Assembly (NCBI GenBank): GCA_947453205.1
Contig: CANGFT010000002.1
Location: 55,884-119,883 of the forward strand
Source of the DNA: Beijerinckiaceae bacterium
GTDB taxonomy: Bacteria; Pseudomonadota; Alphaproteobacteria; Rhizobiales; Beijerinckiaceae
Reading direction: 5' to 3'
DNA: 64,000 bases
Numbering within the stretch: position 1 is the first letter of the stretch; every line of letters begins with the position of its first letter. Below the pieces are notes generated by a model. The model did no database searches, was not told the origin of the DNA, and saw only the letters and a list, made by a program, of their open reading frames with translations. Below are positions 1 to 11,209 of the stretch, in pieces. The position numbers and the translations under genes are program-made.

Positions 1-795
1 GGCGTCATGCTGCCGCATTATGCGCCGCTGAAAGTGGCGGAGCAGTTCCGCGTGCTGGAGGCCATCGCCCCCGGCCGCATTGATCTGGGCCTCGGCCGCG
101 CGCCGGGCGGGGATGGGCGCACCTCATGGGCGCTGAACCCCATGGGCGACGACGCCGTGCAGCGCTTTCCCGCCAATGTGCGGGACATCATCGCCTGGAC
201 GTCAGGCAAGCCGCTGGCGGAGGGTCATGCGCTGGCGAGCCTCAAGGTGACTCCGCAATCCTCCACGGCGCCAGAGGTCTTCGTGCTCGGCAGCTCCGAT
301 TATGGCGCGCAGGTCGCAGCCTATCTGGGCATACCCTTCTGCTTCGCCGCCTTCATCAACGAACATGGCGCCGAACAGGCTTTCGAAATCTATCGCCGCT
401 ACTACCAGCCAAGCGAACGCCATTCGGCGCCGCAGCCCTCGGTCTGCGTCTTCGCGCTGGCGGCGCAGAGCGAGGCGCAGGCGCGCCACGTCTTCGCCAC
501 GCGCGCGCTCTCGCGCATCAACCGCGATCGCGGGGTGCGCAAGCCCCTTCTGCCTGCGCAAGAGGCGCTGGAAGAATTGCGCGCGCGCGGCGATGAGGCC
601 CGCGCCGAACAACTCGCTGATGAGGCCATGATCGGGGATGGAGCAGCGGTTGCGCGGAAGCTGCGCCACTATGCGCGAGGGCTCGGCGTCGCCGATGTCG
701 CCATCCTCACGCAGGCCCATGACATCGAGGACCGCAAGGCGTCCTACGCCGAGATCGCGAAGGCCTTCGATCTGTCCTTGCTCAGCGCGGCTTGA
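1..795 (+). CDS. LLM-class flavin-dependent oxidoreductase (luciferase-like), 5' end outside window
   Basis: MLPHYAPLKVAEQF...PGRIDLGLGRAPG and LGSSDYGAQVAA motifs; the frame is open at the window edge. Confidence 0.85.
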   Translation, partial: GVMLPHYAPLKVAEQFRVLEAIAPGRIDLGLGRAPGGDGRTSWALNPMGDDAVQRFPANVRDIIAWTSGKPLAEGHALASLKVTPQSSTAPEVFVLGSSDYGAQVAAYLGIPFCFAAFINEHGAEQAFEIYRRYYQPSERHSAPQPSVCVFALAAQSEAQARHVFATRALSRINRDRGVRKPLLPAQEALEELRARGDEARAEQLADEAMIGDGAAVARKLRHYARGLGVADVAILTQAHDIEDRKASYAEIAKAFDLSLLSAA

Positions 796-1801
796 AGATT
801 TCGTCGAAGAGCTTCTGCGAGACCTTCGACTGTTCGGCTGAGTGTTGTTCGAAGATGATCTTCTTCTCGGCCATGCGCTGCCGCAAATCCTTGGGGTTGG
901 ACTCCACGTCAAGACGGGTCGGCACGCGCCCGCCCGTTTTCGCTGCAAACTCCTGCGCCTCGCGGCTCAAGAGGAAATTCGCGGCGAGCATGGCGGCCTT
1001 GGGATGGGGCGCGTTCTTGTTCACGCCGACCATGCCGAACCACAGATGCACGGGGTCGAGCACGACATAATCGGTCGGGGCGCCCTGCTGCTTCAGGTTC
1101 GTAGTGAGCATGGAATAGTTCATGAGGGCGATGGGATATTCGCCCGCCGCGATCTGCCGCGCCATGGCGAAATGGCCGTCGAGCACCACGGGCTTCAGCG
1201 TCGCCTGAATGTCACGCAGGAGCTTGAGGCCCTTGTCGCGGCCATAGTGCTTCAACAGCGCGTCCATCCACTCGCGGTCGGTGGCCTCGATGGCGAGTTT
1301 GCCGACCCATTGCTTGCGGTCGAGGAAGTCCTCGAAGGTCCGGGGCAGCTCCTCCGCCTTCACCAGATTGGTGTTGTATTGGGGCACGCTGTAGCCGGCG
1401 TAGACTCCATACCAGCGCTTATTGGGATCGCGCGCCTCGGGCATGATGTCCCGTGCGTTGGGGGGATCGAATTGCAGCGCGAGGTTGGGCGGGATCATGT
1501 TCACCGTGCCCGCGTTATGCACATCCCATGATTGCTGGCCTGTGCGCGCCTCGATGGCGATTTTGGAATGAAGGGGCGACTCTGCGCCGCGCACATAATT
1601 GACCTTGATGCCCGTGGCGTCCTCATAGAGCTTCCAGAGCGGCAGGGCCTCCTGCTCATTGGTCGAGGAATAGATGGTCACCTGCCCCTCGGCCTTCGCC
1701 GCCGCCAGAATCTCCGGCATGATCCAGGAGGGCTGCGGCGCTTGCGCATGAGCTGTGCCGCTGACGAGCGTCGCGACGGCGAGAAGAAAAAGGCGCTTCA
1801 T
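782..1801 (-). CDS. ABC transporter extracellular solute-binding protein (Fe3+/polyamine/thiamine-like), no adjacent permease
   Basis: Signal peptide MKRLFLLAVA...AHA; AAAKAEGQVTIYSS and KNAPHPKAAMLAANFLLSREAQ motifs. Confidence 0.8.
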   Translation of the reverse strand: MKRLFLLAVATLVSGTAHAQAPQPSWIMPEILAAAKAEGQVTIYSSTNEQEALPLWKLYEDATGIKVNYVRGAESPLHSKIAIEARTGQQSWDVHNAGTVNMIPPNLALQFDPPNARDIMPEARDPNKRWYGVYAGYSVPQYNTNLVKAEELPRTFEDFLDRKQWVGKLAIEATDREWMDALLKHYGRDKGLKLLRDIQATLKPVVLDGHFAMARQIAAGEYPIALMNYSMLTTNLKQQGAPTDYVVLDPVHLWFGMVGVNKNAPHPKAAMLAANFLLSREAQEFAAKTGGRVPTRLDVESNPKDLRQRMAEKKIIFEQHSAEQSKVSQKLFDEIFKPR

Positions 1802-2072
1802 GGGGCCCTCCCGGACAGGCTCCGGCTTGGCGCCGGATGGTTGGCTCCATTCTGCCAGCGGTGCGGCTGATGTCAAACGGGGGCGATGCGCAGCGCCGGA
1901 GGTGAGCCATTATTTCGACGCAAACGCAAAGACTTGACTGAACCCGAGCTGGTGAAGTTTAAGGTTAGAAAACTTAAGTATTGTTTCTGATTACTCCGCT
2001 CAAGGTTGCAATAAATACTAGCAAGTTTATTTCTATTTCTGAATTTATTTCTGGCCACCTGAGGATTCGACA

Positions 2073-2711
2073 ATGGCAGAGTTTACGTTTTTACGCGACC
2101 GCATGGTGGCGGAGCAGATCGAGCCGCGCGGCGTGCGGGATCGGCGCATCCTTGAGGCCATGCGGCAGGTTCCGCGCGAACGGTTCGTGGACCCTGATTA
2201 CGCCGGTCACGCCTATGAGGACCGTCCGCTCCCCATCGCCGAGGGGCTGACCATGGCCCCGCCCTTCGTCATCGCCCTCATGGCGCAGGCGGCGGGCGTC
2301 GGCCCGGCTGACCGCGTGCTCGAAATCGGCGCGGAGTCGGGCTATGGCGCCGCGATCCTGAGCCAACTGGCCGGGCGGGTCTGGAGCATCGAGCCCCATC
2401 CGAGGCTTGCGCGCATCGCGGGCTCGCGCATCGCCGAACTCGGGCGGGCCAATGTCACGGTTCTGCGGGCCGATGGCGCCAATGGCTGGCCGCCTGCGGC
2501 GCCCTTCGACGTCATCCTCGTGACGGCTGGCGGCCCGGGGGCGCCGGACGCCCTCAAGGCGCAGCTTGGCGTCGGCGGGCGTCTCGTCATGCTGGTCGGG
2601 CCTGAAGGCGCGCAAAGGCTGGCCAAGGTCACCCGCGCCGGGCCGCAGGAGTGGCGGGAGGAGGATCTGGGGCCCCTGGCCTTCGCCCCCGCGGCGTCCG
2701 CGGGCGGTTGA
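2073..2711 (+). CDS. pcm: Protein-L-isoaspartate O-methyltransferase-like
   Basis: RDRMVAEQI..RGVRD..ILEAMRQVPRERFV, AYEDRPLPI and DGANGWPPAAPFDVILVTA. Confidence 0.8.
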   Translation: MAEFTFLRDRMVAEQIEPRGVRDRRILEAMRQVPRERFVDPDYAGHAYEDRPLPIAEGLTMAPPFVIALMAQAAGVGPADRVLEIGAESGYGAAILSQLAGRVWSIEPHPRLARIAGSRIAELGRANVTVLRADGANGWPPAAPFDVILVTAGGPGAPDALKAQLGVGGRLVMLVGPEGAQRLAKVTRAGPQEWREEDLGPLAFAPAASAGG

Positions 2712-2770
2712 GCGCCCTTGCCCCCCCGATGCGAATGGTCCAAAAACCATCACATAAGGGGGAAACGAAC

Positions 2771-3763
2771 ATGAAGCTCAATCTCAGCATCGCCTTCGCC
2801 GCCAATCCGCGCACCTGGCCCGTTCTCGACGGGCGGGTGAAGGTCGAGGGCGTCGAACTGACGCCCAGCGTCGTCGGCCCGTCCGAACTCTTCTGGCGCC
2901 AGCTGAAATTCGCCGATTTCGACGTGGCGGAAATGTCCATGTCCTCCTACATGATCGCGCTCTCCAAGGGCGACGACCGTTTCGTGGGCCTGCCGATCTT
3001 CACCACCCGCCGCTTCTTTCATTCCCACATTCTGGTCCGCCGGGACTCCGGCATCGAACGCCCAGAGGATCTCAGGGGCAAGCGCGTGGGGGTGACCGAA
3101 TATCAGCAGACCGGCGCGCTGTGGACGCGCGGCGCGCTGGAGCATGAATGGGGCGTGAGGTCGAAGGACTGCGAATGGTTCATGGAGCGCACGCCCGAGC
3201 TCAGCCACGGCGGCGCCACGGGTTTCCGCCCGCCCGAGGGCGTGACCGTGAACCAGATCCCCACCGACAAGAGCGTCGCCACCATGATGCTTTCGGGCGA
3301 ATTGCACGCCTGCATCCACTATCGCGGCCACGCCACCATCGTGAACCGCAGCAATGTCGACCTGAAGAACCGCCCGGAGATCCGCACCCTCTTCCCGGAT
3401 GTGGCGGCCGAAGGGGCGCGCTACTGGCGCAAGACCGGCATCCACCCCATCAACCACGGCATGGTGCTGCGCCGGGAGCTGGCCGAAAAGCATCCCTGGC
3501 TCGCCCTCAACCTCGTGAAGGCCTTCAACGAGGCGGCCGCCATCGCCGACGCCGAACGGATGGAGCATTGCGACTATCATTTCGACACGGGGCTTCTGCC
3601 CGCCGAGGCGCGCAAGGCACTGGCGACCCCGCTGGTGCGCCACGGCGTCGCCTCCAACCGCAAGACGCTCGACGCCGCCGCGCTCCATCTCGTGGAGCAG
3701 GGCCTCGCCCCGCGCCGCCTCGAGATGGAGGAGATCTTCGCCAAAAGCACCATCGAGCTCTGA
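2771..3763 (+). CDS. 4,5-dihydroxyphthalate decarboxylase-like (periplasmic-binding fold) protein
   Basis: LDGRVKVEGVEL, ELFWRQLKFADFDVAEMSMSSY, LPIFTTRRFFHS, GKRVGVTEYQQT and TGIHPINHGMVLRRE. Confidence 0.75.
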   Translation: MKLNLSIAFAANPRTWPVLDGRVKVEGVELTPSVVGPSELFWRQLKFADFDVAEMSMSSYMIALSKGDDRFVGLPIFTTRRFFHSHILVRRDSGIERPEDLRGKRVGVTEYQQTGALWTRGALEHEWGVRSKDCEWFMERTPELSHGGATGFRPPEGVTVNQIPTDKSVATMMLSGELHACIHYRGHATIVNRSNVDLKNRPEIRTLFPDVAAEGARYWRKTGIHPINHGMVLRRELAEKHPWLALNLVKAFNEAAAIADAERMEHCDYHFDTGLLPAEARKALATPLVRHGVASNRKTLDAAALHLVEQGLAPRRLEMEEIFAKSTIEL

Positions 3764-3775
3764 GGGGCGACTTTC

Positions 3776-3847
3776 GGTTCCGGCCCAGCCTCTTTCCAAC
3801 GGACGCCGCAAGGCATAAAAGTCCGGGAAAGTCAGCTGACCGGAACC
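3776..3847 (+). promoter_or_regulatory. Long imperfect hairpin (GCAA tetraloop) upstream of fumarase
   Basis: Nested pairings GGTTCCGG/CCGGAACC, CAGC/GCTG, TTTCC/GGAAA, GGAC/GTCC and GCC-GCAA-GGC. Confidence 0.4.
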
Positions 3848-3854
3848 TTCCCCC

Positions 3855-5471
<1,617 letters not shown>

Positions 5472-5541
5472 GGCTCGGGTTCGCCTCGACAATCCAGCCC
5501 CTGCGTGGCAAAAGCCGCGCGTCCCCGCACCAGAGATCCCG

Positions 5542-6624
5542 ATGTCTGACCTCACCGCTCTTGAAGCCGAAACGCTGAACGCTATCGCCGCCGCGCAGGA
5601 CGAGGCGTCGCTTGAAAGCGTGCGCGTCGGCGCGCTCGGCAAGAAGGGCTCCATCTCGGCCCTGCTGGCGACCCTTGGCAAGATGTCGCCGGACGAGCGC
5701 AAGAGCGCGGGCGCCGGCATCAACGCGCTGAAGGACAAGGTGACGGAGGCTCTGAGCGCCCGCAAGGGACTGCTCAAGGAAGCGGCGCTGGAAGCCCGCC
5801 TCGCCTCCGAGCGTCTGGACGTCACCCTTCCCGTGCGGGAGACAGGCGTCGAGACCGGCCGCATCCACCCCATCAGCCAGGTCATGGACGAACTGACGGC
5901 GATCTTCGCCGATCTGGGCTTCTCCATCGCCGAAGGGCCGGATGTGGAGAGCGACGACTACAATTTCACCAGACTGAACTTCCCCGAGGGCCATCCCGCC
6001 CGCGAGATGCACGACACCTTCTTCTTCGCGCCCAATGCGGCGGGCGAGCGCAAGCTGCTGCGCACCCACACGAGCCCCGTGCAGGTGCGCACCATGCTGG
6101 CCAACAAGCCGCCGATCCGCGTGATCTGCCCCGGCCGCACCTATCGCTGCGACAGCGACCAGACGCATACGCCCATGTTCCATCAGGTGGAGGGGCTGGT
6201 CATCGACAAGCAGGCCAATCTTGGCCATCTCAAGTGGATCCTGGAGGAGAGCTGCAAGGCCTTCTTCGAAGTGCCCTCCGTCAAGATGCGCTTCCGCCCC
6301 TCCTTCTTCCCCTTCACCGAGCCGTCCATGGAAGTCGACATCCAGTGCTCGCGCAAGGGCGGCGAGATCCGCTTTGGCGAGGGCGAGGACTGGCTGGAGA
6401 TCCTGGGCTGCGGCATGGTCCACCCCAATGTGCTGCGCAACTGCGGGCTGGATCCTGACGAATATCAGGGCTTCGCCTGGGGCATGGGCATCGACCGCAT
6501 CGCCATGCTGAAATATGGCATGCCGGACCTGCGCCCCTTCTTCGACGCCGACGTGCGCTGGCTGTCGCATTATGGCTTCAGGCCGCTGGACTTCCCGACG
6601 CTGGCGGGCGGATTGAGCGGCTGA
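5542..6624 (+). CDS. pheS: Phenylalanine--tRNA ligase alpha subunit
   Basis: [43 protein letters not shown] and [17 protein letters not shown]. Confidence 0.98.
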   Translation: MSDLTALEAETLNAIAAAQDEASLESVRVGALGKKGSISALLATLGKMSPDERKSAGAGINALKDKVTEALSARKGLLKEAALEARLASERLDVTLPVRETGVETGRIHPISQVMDELTAIFADLGFSIAEGPDVESDDYNFTRLNFPEGHPAREMHDTFFFAPNAAGERKLLRTHTSPVQVRTMLANKPPIRVICPGRTYRCDSDQTHTPMFHQVEGLVIDKQANLGHLKWILEESCKAFFEVPSVKMRFRPSFFPFTEPSMEVDIQCSRKGGEIRFGEGEDWLEILGCGMVHPNVLRNCGLDPDEYQGFAWGMGIDRIAMLKYGMPDLRPFFDADVRWLSHYGFRPLDFPTLAGGLSG

Positions 6625-6781
6625 TACCGGGAGATCGCCAGGTCTGCTGAAACAGCCTCGCCTGACCGCGCCTGCCCAGCCCCAAATCATGCGCCCCCAC
6701 TTCCCCTGTGGCTGACGCCATCTTGCGAATTGCGGCGGGGCGCTGAGGGTCTATATTCGGCCCCGAAAAACGGAGCCTCCC

Positions 6782-7735
6782 ATGACCTCGAAACTCGATC
6801 AGCTCAGGACCATGACCACCGTGGTCGCCGACACCGGGGACATGGAGGCGATCCGCGCTTTCAAGCCAACGGACTGCACGACCAATCCGACCCTGATCCT
6901 CAAGGCCGCGCAGATGGAGGCCTACAAGGACATCGTGGACGAGGCCATTCGCTGGGGCCGCGAACACAAGGCCGATGTGGGGCGGGTGACCGACCGGCTC
7001 GCCGTCAGCTTCGGCGCGGAGCTTGCGCGCATCGTGCCCGGCCGCGTCTCGACCGAGGTCGATGCGGACCTCTCCTTCGACACCGAAGGCTCGCTCGCCA
7101 AGGCCCGCGCGCTGATCGCCGACTATGCCTCGCGCGGCATCGGACGCGAGCGCATCCTCATCAAGCTCGCCGCCACCTGGGAGGGCGTTCAGACCGCCCG
7201 CATCCTTCAGAAGGAGGGCGTCGACTGCAACATGACCCTCATCTTCAACCTCGCCCAGGCCGTCGCCTGCGCCGATGCGGGCGCCTATCTCATCTCCCCC
7301 TTCGTGGGGCGCATCTATGACTGGTTCGTCAAGAACGAGGGCAAGGCCTATACGCCGGAGACCGACCCCGGCGTGCTCTCGGTCCGCAACATCTACGCCT
7401 ATTACAAGGCCCATGGGATCGACACCGTGGTGATGGGCGCCTCCTTCCGAAACATCGGCCAGATCGAGGCTCTGGCGGGTTGCGACCGGCTGACCATCTC
7501 GCCGCAGCTGCTTGACGAACTCGCCCGCAGCCAGGACGGTCTGGCCCGCCGCCTCGACCCCGCGCAGGCCAGAGCCAGCGCCCCCGCGCGCCTGACGCTG
7601 GACGAGAAAGCCTTCCGCTTCCTGCTCAACGAAGACGCCATGGCCACCGAGAAGCTGGCCGAGGGCATCCGCATCTTCGCCCGCGACCTCACCCATCTGC
7701 GCGGACTCGTGTCGCAGAAGATGAGCGCCGCCTGA
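6782..7735 (+). CDS. tal: Transaldolase (long TalB type)
   Basis: [42 protein letters not shown] and VMGASFRN. Confidence 0.96.
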   Translation: MTSKLDQLRTMTTVVADTGDMEAIRAFKPTDCTTNPTLILKAAQMEAYKDIVDEAIRWGREHKADVGRVTDRLAVSFGAELARIVPGRVSTEVDADLSFDTEGSLAKARALIADYASRGIGRERILIKLAATWEGVQTARILQKEGVDCNMTLIFNLAQAVACADAGAYLISPFVGRIYDWFVKNEGKAYTPETDPGVLSVRNIYAYYKAHGIDTVVMGASFRNIGQIEALAGCDRLTISPQLLDELARSQDGLARRLDPAQARASAPARLTLDEKAFRFLLNEDAMATEKLAEGIRIFARDLTHLRGLVSQKMSAA

Positions 7736-7927
7736 GCGAAAAGGCGCCTTGGGGCCACGCAGGGGCCCCACTTGCGCCGTCAAGCCAGCCTATTGGACGC
7801 GCAGAGCGGGGCCGGATGCGGCTGCGCCGGGAAAACGCATTCAATGGAGTGAGCTAGCGCTTATCTGTTTCATTTTGGGACAAAGACGCTCTAGTTACAG
7901 GCAGACTGATTCGACGGAACGAAGGCG

Positions 7928-8704
7928 ATGGCCCCCATCAACTCAAAGCGCTGGCTCGACCAAATCTGCGCCGCGGCGCTCGCAATGCTTGTCTCCATGG
8001 GCGCCGGGGCGCTTCAGGCCCAGACCACCGCCCCGCAGGGTGAGGAAGAAGAGGTCCGCTGGACCCTGCCCCCGCCAACCCACCTGCTGACTACGCCGCC
8101 GCAGCCCGCCGCCGCCGCGAGCCCAGCCGAAGCGCCGCAACCCTTCGGCGGCCCGCCCGTGATGCGCGCCCAGACGCAAGCCGCGCCGCAGGAGGCAGCG
8201 CCCGAAGCCGCCTCCATGCTCGCGCCGTCCGTCGCGCCGCCGCCGCCTTTGCTGGCCCCGGCCGCGACGCCCTATTTTGCGCCCCAACCAGCCCCCGTCG
8301 CGGCGACGCAGCCCGCCCCGGCGCCCGAGCCTGCGCCCGTCCAGGCGGCGGCCGAGCCCAAAAAGGGGAAAAAATCGGCAGCCAAAACCACGACGCCTGC
8401 GGCCAAATCTGCGGAGACCAAAGCCGTCGCCGCCAAGCCCGTCGCCGCAAAGCCTGCAGCCGGCGCCAAGCCTGTGGCCAACACGCCCGCAGCCGCGCCG
8501 AAACCAGCGGTCGCCGCCAAGCCTGCGGCGGTCAAGACAGCCAAGACCGCAAAACCTGCGGCCACGACACGCCCCCCCGAACCCGTGCCGCCGCCGCCCT
8601 CCATGACGCAGAAAGAGCCGGAGGACAGCCGCATCCCCGTCATTTCAACGGTCATGGATGGCGTGAGCACGGTCGGCCGCAAGATCGGCGGCCTCTTCGA
8701 CTAG
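7928..8704 (+). CDS. Hypothetical exported Pro/Ala/Lys-rich low-complexity protein
   Basis: Signal-like N-terminus, AAKP/KPAA repeats, amphipathic C-terminus. Confidence 0.6.
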   Translation: MAPINSKRWLDQICAAALAMLVSMGAGALQAQTTAPQGEEEEVRWTLPPPTHLLTTPPQPAAAASPAEAPQPFGGPPVMRAQTQAAPQEAAPEAASMLAPSVAPPPPLLAPAATPYFAPQPAPVAATQPAPAPEPAPVQAAAEPKKGKKSAAKTTTPAAKSAETKAVAAKPVAAKPAAGAKPVANTPAAAPKPAVAAKPAAVKTAKTAKPAATTRPPEPVPPPPSMTQKEPEDSRIPVISTVMDGVSTVGRKIGGLFD

Positions 8705-8756
8705 CGTCCGCCCCGTTCAAAGGCCCGCAATCCCGGCGATCAGACGGGAAGGCGAG

Positions 8757-8785
8757 TTGACTTCACTCTCCAAACCCATAAAGCT
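8757..8785 (+). promoter_or_regulatory. Possible sigma70 promoter for infC
   Basis: TTGACT at 8757 and TAAAGC 16 bp downstream. Confidence 0.3.
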
Positions 8786-8875
8786 TGTGTCGGGTCCGGC
8801 GTCCCGCAGCTCTGCTGCGGGGCCTTTCCGCCGTTGCGCGGCCGGGTTCGATAAGTTCACCGATGGAGACAGACC

Positions 8876-9415
8876 ATTCGCCGCCCAATGAAAGCACCGC
8901 CCGTTCCGCAGAAGACGGGGCCGAAAATCAATCGTGAGATCCGCGCCCATGAGGTGATGCTCATCGATCAGGATGGCCAGAATCAGGGGGTCAAGGACGT
9001 CGAGGAGGCCCTTCAGCTGGCCGAAGCCGCCGGTCTCGATCTGGTCGAAATCGTGCCGAACGCGACGCCGCCGGTCTGCAAGATCCTCGATTACGGCAAA
9101 TTCCGCTTTCTTGAGCAAAAGAAGGCCGCCGAGGCCCGCAAGCGGCAGAAAATCGTGGAAGTCAAGGAAATCAAGCTGCGTCCCGGCATTGACGACCATG
9201 ACTACGAGACCAAGATGAAGGCGGTGCGCCGGTTCTTCGAGGAGGGCGACAAGGTCAAGGTGACCCTGCGCTTCCGTGGCCGCGAACTGGCCCATCAGGA
9301 TCTCGGCTACGCCCTCCTGAACCGGGTCAAGACGGAGACCGCGACCTACGCCAAGGTGGAGGCCGAGCCCTCCATGGAAGGCCGACAGATGATCATGATC
9401 CTGGCGCCGAGGTAG
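8876..9415 (+). CDS. infC: Translation initiation factor IF-3, probable ATT start
   Basis: [27 protein letters not shown] and [10 protein letters not shown]; GGAG at 8865 followed by in-frame ATT CGC CGC CCA ATG. Confidence 0.95.
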   Translation: MRRPMKAPPVPQKTGPKINREIRAHEVMLIDQDGQNQGVKDVEEALQLAEAAGLDLVEIVPNATPPVCKILDYGKFRFLEQKKAAEARKRQKIVEVKEIKLRPGIDDHDYETKMKAVRRFFEEGDKVKVTLRFRGRELAHQDLGYALLNRVKTETATYAKVEAEPSMEGRQMIMILAPR

Positions 9416-9426
9416 CGCCATCCTCG

Positions 9427-9816
9427 ATGGAGGGCCGGACGATGGTGATCGTATTTTACGTGATTCTCGTCTGGCTCAAGGTCATCGTGGGCAACTCTCT
9501 TGCGCTTCTCTGGCTCTGGGTGGCCCGCGACCGCGGCGTGAGCGGCCTGCGCGCAAGGCTCAACGCTGTGGCGGTCCTGCTGGTCTGGGCCGCCCCATGG
9601 GCCGTCTTCCTCATCATTCAGGCCGACCTCCATCAGGGCCATTGCGGCCTTCGACAGGGCGTCCACGATTGCGGCTTGGCCGCGTTTCTCTGGGGCCGCC
9701 TGCGCTGGGTCCGGGCAGGCCTGTTGCTGGACATCTGCATGATCGCAGGCGTCTTCGCGCTGATGGCGGCCTCGCGCGTCTCCCACGAAGAGTCCCGCGC
9801 CCTGCGCGCGAACTGA
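9427..9816 (+). CDS. Hypothetical small multi-pass membrane protein
   Basis: 129-aa ORF with three hydrophobic segments. Confidence 0.45.
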   Translation: MEGRTMVIVFYVILVWLKVIVGNSLALLWLWVARDRGVSGLRARLNAVAVLLVWAAPWAVFLIIQADLHQGHCGLRQGVHDCGLAAFLWGRLRWVRAGLLLDICMIAGVFALMAASRVSHEESRALRAN

Positions 9817-9937
9817 TCCGCAACGGCCTGCGGCCCTCAATCCGGTTTACCGTCCCCCTTCGACATGCGAATAAGGCTGATGCGGCTGGCCAACGACGCC
9901 AGCCCGAGCCGATTCAAGAATGCAAGGAGGATGCGCC

Positions 9938-11209
9938 GTGCTGACGCGTGAGCAAAATGAACGCCTCGTCCGGGTTGGGCCGGGAACGCCCGCAGGCGAG
10001 CTTTTCCGCCGCTATTGGCAGCCCGCCGTGCTCAGCGAGGAAGTCCCCGAAAAGGATGGCGCCCCCGTGCGCGTGCGCCTGCTCGGCGAGGATCTTCTGG
10101 CGTTCCGCGACACGGACGGGGTTGTGGGCCTCGTCGACGCCTACTGCCCCCACCGGCTCGCGCCCATGTTCTTCGGCCGCAACGAGGAATGCGGCCTGCG
10201 CTGCGCCTATCACGGCTGGAAATTCGACCGCAACGGCGACTGCATGGACATGCCGACGGAACCGGGCAACGAGGTCATGAAGCAGAAGACCAAGCTCAAG
10301 GCCTATCCCACGGTCGAGCGCGGCGGCATGGTCTGGGCCTATATGGGCCCGCCCGAGCGCAAGCCCCCGCCGCCGGACTATGAATGGACCCGCGTGCCCC
10401 ACGACTTCCTGCATGTCTCCAAGACCTACGAGGAATGCAACTATCTGCAGGCCCTGGAGGGCGGGCTCGACACCGCCCATTCCTCCTACGCCCATAACAA
10501 CAACATGGCCGCCAAGAACGATCCGCGCCTCGTCGACAAGTCGCCGCGCCTCGACGTGAACCCCACGGACTACGGCTACAACTATGTCTCGACGCGCCAG
10601 ATGGGCGGGGGCGACACCTATGTGCGCCTTTATCACTATGTCATGCCCTTCCAGCAGATGCGCGGCGGCATCCATGAATTCAGCGGCGCACGCCGCAAGG
10701 CGCCCGCCATCGACGGCCATCTATGGGTTCCGATCGATGACGAGACGACCTATGTCTACAACTGGCATCACACCTATGACGACACGACGCCGGTCGATCA
10801 GGCCCATCGCGACGCCACCGAGACCTTCTATGGCCGCGGCCCCGACGACATGATTCCCGGCACCTATCGGCTGAAGAAGAACAAGTCGAACGACTATATG
10901 ATCGACCGCAAGCTCCAGAAGGAGAAGGTCTTCACGGGCATCGTCGGCATCAACACCCAGGACTTCGCCCTGCAGGAGGGCATGGGGCCCATCGTCGACC
11001 GCACGAAGGAGCATCTGGGCTCGACCGACCGCGCCATCATCGCCATGCGCGCCATGCTGCTGCGCGCCATCGACACGGTGGAGAAGGGCGGCGACGCGCC
11101 GGGCGCCGATCCGCAGACCCATCGGGGCATGCGGCCCTTCGATAATTTCGTGAAGGCGGGCGAGGACTGGCGCGAAATCTTCGAGCCCGAGACCAAGGCC
11201 AAATGGTGA
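9938..11209 (+). CDS. Rieske non-heme iron oxygenase alpha subunit (phthalate 4,5-dioxygenase/LigXa-like)
   Basis: CPHR...CAYHG Rieske motif; EGGLDTAHSSYAH iron site; AGGAGG before a GTG start. Confidence 0.88.
   Translation: MLTREQNERLVRVGPGTPAGELFRRYWQPAVLSEEVPEKDGAPVRVRLLGEDLLAFRDTDGVVGLVDAYCPHRLAPMFFGRNEECGLRCAYHGWKFDRNGDCMDMPTEPGNEVMKQKTKLKAYPTVERGGMVWAYMGPPERKPPPPDYEWTRVPHDFLHVSKTYEECNYLQALEGGLDTAHSSYAHNNNMAAKNDPRLVDKSPRLDVNPTDYGYNYVSTRQMGGGDTYVRLYHYVMPFQQMRGGIHEFSGARRKAPAIDGHLWVPIDDETTYVYNWHHTYDDTTPVDQAHRDATETFYGRGPDDMIPGTYRLKKNKSNDYMIDRKLQKEKVFTGIVGINTQDFALQEGMGPIVDRTKEHLGSTDRAIIAMRAMLLRAIDTVEKGGDAPGADPQTHRGMRPFDNFVKAGEDWREIFEPETKAKW

Noticed and set aside
3776-3847. Hairpin considered as SRP (4.5S) or 6S RNA
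   Set aside because: It lacks the SRP TCAGG...GGAAG..GCAGC motif and is too short for 6S
6782-7735. Long-form transaldolase as a sign of HGT
   Set aside because: Long-form Tal also occurs in rhizobia, so it is not diagnostic without a phylogeny
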